IMG/VR virus record: IMGVR_UViG_3300028422_000873
Strand: one strand, 5' to 3'
Source of the DNA: a virus
Lineage: Duplodnaviria; Heunggongvirae; Uroviricota; Caudoviricetes
DNA length: 38,618 bases
Shown here in pieces: positions 34,274 to 38,618 of the stretch (position 1 is the stretch's first letter; every line of letters starts with the position of its first letter). Position numbers and translations under genes: made by a program. The notes beneath the pieces are model-generated. The model was not told where the DNA came from. It saw only the letters and a list, made by a program, of their open reading frames with translations, and did not search any database.

Positions 34274-34434
34274 GTGAACTAACTAAGAAAGTAACATATC
34301 ACAAAAATGGTAGCATAAGATATGAAGCTTATTTATTAAACGACAAGAAGCTTACCAAAGAAGAGTTTTTAGTAAGCAAAGAGTATCAGCTGTATTTAGC
34401 TGATTTAGAGATTGAAAGGATGTTAGATGAGTAA
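34270..34434 (+). CDS. 54-aa MORN-like family member with zero HRVDGPA units; not in ORF track
   Basis: MSELTKKVTYHKNG...YLADLEIERMLDE. Confidence 0.8.
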   Translation: MSELTKKVTYHKNGSIRYEAYLLNDKKLTKEEFLVSKEYQLYLADLEIERMLDE

Positions 34435-34816
34435 GAAAGATTATGTGCCATCAAGCTTACGCGATATCGTAGAAGAGTATTTACCGAATGAAATACTAAC
34501 AATGAGATATGTTGATTATAGAATCATATACGATTACGACATATGGTCAACTATGGTAGATAAGTTATCTGATAAGCTACTAGATGAGATACTATCATAC
34601 GAGCAAGGTGGTAACTGGAATAAGATGATGTATAGGGTGTGCTTAGAAGAGCGCGCTAGACGCATGTATGATATGCCTAAAGAAGCTGTTGCATCTGTAG
34701 GCGAAGTGTTATCCTTGGTAAATAAATTATTGAGAGAAACAAACTGTTACATGTACGAAGCAGAAAATGTAGAGGAATATATTGATCTTTATAAACGGTG
34801 CGTGTATGACAACTAG
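34427..34816 (+). CDS. hypothetical protein
   Basis: ORF track. Confidence 0.75.
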   Translation: MSKKDYVPSSLRDIVEEYLPNEILTMRYVDYRIIYDYDIWSTMVDKLSDKLLDEILSYEQGGNWNKMMYRVCLEERARRMYDMPKEAVASVGEVLSLVNKLLRETNCYMYEAENVEEYIDLYKRCVYDN

Positions 34817-34950
34817 AACTAGAGAAGATTACACGACAGCGTCAGCAAGTTTCTTTAATCTAAGGACAATGATGTGTAAGTTAATAATAGATAAGAAAAA
34901 CATAATGCTCGTGTATTCTATGAAGTACGGCGATTATGCGAGAAGATTTT

Positions 34951-35508
34951 TTAGATAATCTCGTCGATGAGTCCTAGTTTGAGTGCTTCTTTAGCTGTAT
35001 AGTATCGATCAAACATTATATCTTCTTCAAACTGTTGACGAGAGTAACGAGGTTTTTTCTGTCTTATCTTTTTTACAAACAGGTCTATCATCCACTCTCC
35101 CTGACGCTCGTTTTCCTCAACTGCTCTCTTGACGTTTTTAGAGTGATCGTGTAATGATATCTCACCGAAGTGAATCATGACAACAGCATCTTCATCCATC
35201 TGTATAATATCGCCGGCCTGCATTATGATAGAACCCATACTCATAGCACAACCCTCAACTATAATCTTAACCGTATTGCGACATCTTCTTATGGCACCGT
35301 ATATACCAAATCCATCTGTTACACTACCACCAGGACAATTGAGGACAATAGTTATCTGGCCGTCTGTGCGATCTAACATCTTGAGACAGCGAGTGACTCG
35401 TCGATATAGTTTCTCATCAACCTCGTCATCGATATACACTATTCTAGCACGTGTATCAACACCATGTTCCATGATCTTTTCTAATAAATCGTTTTTATTT
35501 TCGGCCAT
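34951..35508 (-). CDS. clpP: second ClpP-family serine protease
   Basis: LNCPGGSV, AMSMG (Ser), MIH (His), DRYYTAKEALKLGLID (Asp). Confidence 0.9.
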   Translation of the reverse strand: MAENKNDLLEKIMEHGVDTRARIVYIDDEVDEKLYRRVTRCLKMLDRTDGQITIVLNCPGGSVTDGFGIYGAIRRCRNTVKIIVEGCAMSMGSIIMQAGDIIQMDEDAVVMIHFGEISLHDHSKNVKRAVEENERQGEWMIDLFVKKIRQKKPRYSRQQFEEDIMFDRYYTAKEALKLGLIDEII

Positions 35509-35528
35509 AGGGTTCTCCCTTATTAACT

Positions 35529-35537
35529 ATTATACCA
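35529..35537 (-). promoter_or_regulatory. extended -10 type element TGGTATAAT
   Basis: Upstream of the minus-strand clpP and its GGGAG SD. Confidence 0.6.
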
Positions 35538-35586
35538 TAAGATACATTATTTATGTTTTATATCTATTATCAACTACTTATACACA

Positions 35587-35597
35587 AACCGATTCGA
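35587..35597 (+). promoter_or_regulatory. ACCGA-NN-CGA element (AACCGATTCGA)
   Basis: Upstream of 35611/35626. Confidence 0.75.
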
Positions 35598-35610
35598 AAT
35601 AATCTCGAAC

Positions 35611-35973
35611 ATGAAAAGGATTATAATGAAAAAACAAACAGATAAAGAAATCAAAGTAGAGTCAGTCGAAGAAGCACTGGAGAGAGGTATTAAAATAACT
35701 AAACTACCCTCTTCTGAGGAGATTGACGAGCAAAAAAAAGTTGATGGAGAATCAATTAGCAAACCAACTCCTAATGTAAGAGGGGTTAGTTCTAGTACTG
35801 TTGAACTTAGAAGTCTAAGTGAAGCAGCAGATTTCTTTGGTGAGAAGTCAAAGCGAACAAAGAAAAAGAAAAAGGCTGACTTCTCTAACATCGATAAGAC
35901 ACAGATACCAGAATCATTGCATTATATACTTGATCAAAATAGCAATGATTCGACCGATACGACAGATGATTAG
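35611..35973 (+). CDS. hypothetical protein, paralog of 2741; carries IPESLHYIL tail motif; start may be 35626
   Basis: ORF track. Confidence 0.8.
   Translation: MKRIIMKKQTDKEIKVESVEEALERGIKITKLPSSEEIDEQKKVDGESISKPTPNVRGVSSSTVELRSLSEAADFFGEKSKRTKKKKKADFSNIDKTQIPESLHYILDQNSNDSTDTTDD
35952..35962 (+). promoter_or_regulatory. ACCGA-NN-CGA element (GACCGATACGA)
   Basis: In the 3' end of the upstream gene, 31 nt before ATG 35994. Confidence 0.55.
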
Positions 35974-35993
35974 CCGAAAAAGAAGGAGGGCAA

Positions 35994-37145
35994 ATGAAAC
36001 CTATCGCAATTAAAGAAGTGTTGGATCTTGCTGTAGTAGCAAGAACTAATGGAGACGTATTCAATCCGTTATTTACGGGTGATGCTGGTCTCGGAAAATC
36101 AGAAATTTGTCAACAATGGGTTGCAGAGCAGCAACAGAGAAATCCGAAGTTCTTTTTCTTAGATCTTCGTATCGCGTATATGGAAGCGCCAGATATGATT
36201 GGTTTTCCAAAAGAGATTGAGATCGGCAGAGATGACAAAGATCGTCCAGTATATATGACGAGTCACTGCGTACCAGAATTCTGGATGTTTGAGGAAGATG
36301 CAGAGGGTCTGATCTTGTTTGAAGAACCAAATCGTGGTACTACTGGTGTTATGAACTGTCTTATGCAAGTTCTCACCGATCGCAAGATTCACAAAGTCAA
36401 AATTCCGCCAAAGGTTATCTTCGCATCATGTATTAACCCAGATTCAGCTGAGTACGATGTTAACTCAATGGATGCTGCGTTGAGAAACAGATTTGAAGAA
36501 TATGAGATCGAGTACGATCACAACTCATTCGTCGACTATATCGAGAGCAAAGAATGGCATGAGAATGTTGTGAGATTCGTAAAGTCTGGTGCATGGATCT
36601 ACAGAGATACCAAGGCTATTGGTAGAGATGGTAAGTATATCTCTCCAAGAACGTGGTCAAAGGTCAATGCTGCTGAAAGAGCTGGTCTTGATAATAAAAG
36701 ACAACTCCACTTCATCACGATGTGTTCTATTCTTGGTAGAGATATCGGGAAAGAATATCATAAGTTTTGCTTCGATGAAGCACCAGTGACGCACAAAGAT
36801 CTTCTGACAAACAAGAAGAAAGCACTAGGAAAATTAAGGAAACAATCAGAGCCAAGTAATTATAAAGGCGATATGATTCAAGTCACAGTCGAGTCTATCA
36901 TCAAGAACTATTCTTGTACAGCAGACGACGACAAAGAGAAAGAGTTGATTGGTGAAAATACGATGGCAGAGGTTGCTAAGACAATCCCATCAGACCAAGC
37001 GATCAATCTCATCAAGATGTGCGGATTCAAGCAGTCTAAGGGCCAGATCACTGACTTCTTCAGAGATTTCGTCAAAAGACATCCAGAACTTGTTCAAGTC
37101 TTGAAATCCAACATCGTTGTAAACCGTGGCTTGAAAGACAAGTAA
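35994..37145 (+). CDS. MoxR-like AAA+ ATPase
   Basis: Walker A GDAGLGKS, Walker B variant LILFEEPNR, sensor INP, MDAALRNRF, SPRTW. Confidence 0.9.
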   Translation: MKPIAIKEVLDLAVVARTNGDVFNPLFTGDAGLGKSEICQQWVAEQQQRNPKFFFLDLRIAYMEAPDMIGFPKEIEIGRDDKDRPVYMTSHCVPEFWMFEEDAEGLILFEEPNRGTTGVMNCLMQVLTDRKIHKVKIPPKVIFASCINPDSAEYDVNSMDAALRNRFEEYEIEYDHNSFVDYIESKEWHENVVRFVKSGAWIYRDTKAIGRDGKYISPRTWSKVNAAERAGLDNKRQLHFITMCSILGRDIGKEYHKFCFDEAPVTHKDLLTNKKKALGKLRKQSEPSNYKGDMIQVTVESIIKNYSCTADDDKEKELIGENTMAEVAKTIPSDQAINLIKMCGFKQSKGQITDFFRDFVKRHPELVQVLKSNIVVNRGLKDK

Positions 37146-37164
37146 ACCGCGCAAGCGGTAACAC

Positions 37165-37212
37165 AGGTAGGCGCTGGTTCCCCCTTCTTTCCAGCGTCTA
37201 CCTCTCTTCTTA
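37165..37212 (+). terminator. probable terminator hairpin
   Basis: AGGTAGGCGCTGG / CCAGCGTCTACCT inverted repeat, pyrimidine tail. Confidence 0.6.
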
Positions 37213-37223
37213 ATTTAAACTAC

Positions 37224-37234
37224 AACAGATTCGA
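37224..37234 (+). promoter_or_regulatory. ACCGA-NN-CGA variant (AACAGATTCGA)
   Basis: 33 nt before ATG 37268. Confidence 0.65.
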
Positions 37235-37267
37235 TCATACATCATAGGATGGAAATAAGGAGTAGGT

Positions 37268-38618
37268 ATGAGCGACGAGAAAATAAAAGCAAAGACCAAA
37301 ATGAGGTCAACAGAAGACATCAAGAAATTACTTGATGCAGAGAACGTGACAAATGAATTGAAGAAACAAGCGCTGCAGACGGCGATCTTCAATACAACAA
37401 AGACGCATGCCTTTCTTGGTTCCGTGCTTCAGTGTATGAATATCATGTATTCTCATGCATTGCCGACGGCAGGTGTTATGTTCAACAACGATTGCAAACG
37501 ATGGGATTTATTGATTAATCCTAAGTTCTTTTGCCTTGATATGGATGACGATAAGAGAAAAGCAATCTTATTGCATGAACTGTATCATATCACTCACAAG
37601 CACCCACTCAGGGTTCCATTCATGAAACTGAATCCGCATAAGAGACAACTCATGAATGTTGCTATGGATATGGCTATCAATCAGTTTATCAAGAATCTAC
37701 CAGAAGAAGGTATTCATCTAAAAGACTTCTATGATGAAGACGAGAAAACCGGCAAGAAAACTCAGTGGCCTGAGAATCAAACTGCAGAATATTATTATGA
37801 GAAATTGTTGCAGAGATTTGACGATCCAGATGAAGATGAGAATGGTCAGGGTCAACAAGGACAAGGCCAATGTCAGACCTGCGGCGGAACTGGAAAAGAT
37901 CCAAATAGCGAAGACGGCGACGGTGAAGGCGAAGGTCAAGGACAAGGACAACAACCGTGTCCAGATTGTGGCGGAACCGGCAAGCAAAAAGGTAATGCTG
38001 GTGGAGGTGCTCAATCTGGAGATATTCCAGACACAATGGATGCTCACGAATGGGATGGTTCAGCAGAAGAGAAAGATATGCTTGATGCAACAGAAGATCT
38101 TGTAAAAAGAGCTATGATCAAGCAAAGATTCAGCTATGACGATCTTCCTGGTCATGTAAGAGAGTTGTTAGATCATATTAAAGGAAGAACAGCTGAATTG
38201 AATTATAAGGCATTGATTCTTCAAGCTATGAAGGCAAGTCTTCCCGCTAATGTGAGAAAACACAGTTGGACTCGTAAATCGAGACGATTCGGCAATAAAG
38301 CTCCGGGTACTAAGAATGGCTCTCAACCTCAGTTAGAGATCTTCATCGATACATCTGGTTCTATTAGTATCGAAGAAGCAAATGAGTTTCTTGATATCGT
38401 CGATGAGTTCTTGAAAGTTGGTGCTAGAAAATGTCATATCAATATGTTTCATACTGAGAACTATTACTCAGAGCCGTACAAACTCGGACAAAGAATCAAA
38501 AGAGAGGAGTTTCAATCTGGCGGTACTTGTCTAGAATCTTCTATGAAGGTTATCGCGAAGAAGAGACCAGATCTAAGTATCTTCTTGACCGATGGATATT
38601 TCGGTGATGTGAATGTGG
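37268..38618 (+). CDS. DUF2201-like metallopeptidase plus vWA domain protein (runs off the window; absent from ORF track)
   Basis: Hand translation: LLHELYH (HEXXH), NVAMDMAINQ, CQTCGGTG/CPDCGGTG, IFIDTSGS (MIDAS), GGT, LTDG. Confidence 0.9.
   Translation, partial: MSDEKIKAKTKMRSTEDIKKLLDAENVTNELKKQALQTAIFNTTKTHAFLGSVLQCMNIMYSHALPTAGVMFNNDCKRWDLLINPKFFCLDMDDDKRKAILLHELYHITHKHPLRVPFMKLNPHKRQLMNVAMDMAINQFIKNLPEEGIHLKDFYDEDEKTGKKTQWPENQTAEYYYEKLLQRFDDPDEDENGQGQQGQGQCQTCGGTGKDPNSEDGDGEGEGQGQGQQPCPDCGGTGKQKGNAGGGAQSGDIPDTMDAHEWDGSAEEKDMLDATEDLVKRAMIKQRFSYDDLPGHVRELLDHIKGRTAELNYKALILQAMKASLPANVRKHSWTRKSRRFGNKAPGTKNGSQPQLEIFIDTSGSISIEEANEFLDIVDEFLKVGARKCHINMFHTENYYSEPYKLGQRIKREEFQSGGTCLESSMKVIAKKRPDLSIFLTDGYFGDVNV

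Noticed and set aside
1176-38105. Most minus-strand track ORFs and nested alternative-frame ORFs (e.g. 1176, 2471, 5984, 6938, 13630, 18335, 28275, 35177, 37689, 37731)
   Set aside because: They are shadows overlapping better supported genes, with no SD or recognisable motifs.
1-38618. Genome-wide TAG reassignment (alternative genetic code)
   Set aside because: Long genes contain no in-frame TAG. 16217 ends HLL-TAG exactly where its paralog 11038 ends HLL-TAA. Only one internal TAG (7560) was seen.

Overview
AT-rich, densely packed, almost entirely + strand segment that reads as part of a large (possibly jumbo) dsDNA phage genome. This is inferred from the gene content and architecture; no capsid, terminase or integrase gene lies in the window and the host cannot be assigned. 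Bases 1-25,000 hold about 90 short, translationally coupled ORFs. Bases 25,000-38,618 hold recognisable genes: nrdG/nrdD, two ClpP-family proteases, a truncated FliA-like sigma factor, an ATP-dependent DNA ligase, an SLT-type lytic transglycosylase and a MoxR-like AAA+ / vWA pair. Six patterns are not explained by the gene calls. (1) About 35 otherwise unrelated small proteins end in one shared C-terminal tag (roughly [YF]xx[YW][ILV][DEN]xILL[EG]). (2) About 22 other small proteins carry a different shared motif (LxxxLx[KR]L[GDEN][IV]). (3) Eighteen copies of an ACCGA-NN-CGA element sit just upstream of + strand genes or transcription units, in a window that also encodes a sigma-28-like protein lacking region 4. 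(4) There is an expanded family of about 19 four-cysteine mini-proteins. (5) Seven dispersed MORN-like 'HRVDGPA' cassettes carry 0-5 repeats. (6) There are two miniature tRNA-like structures. All counts and alignments were made by eye.
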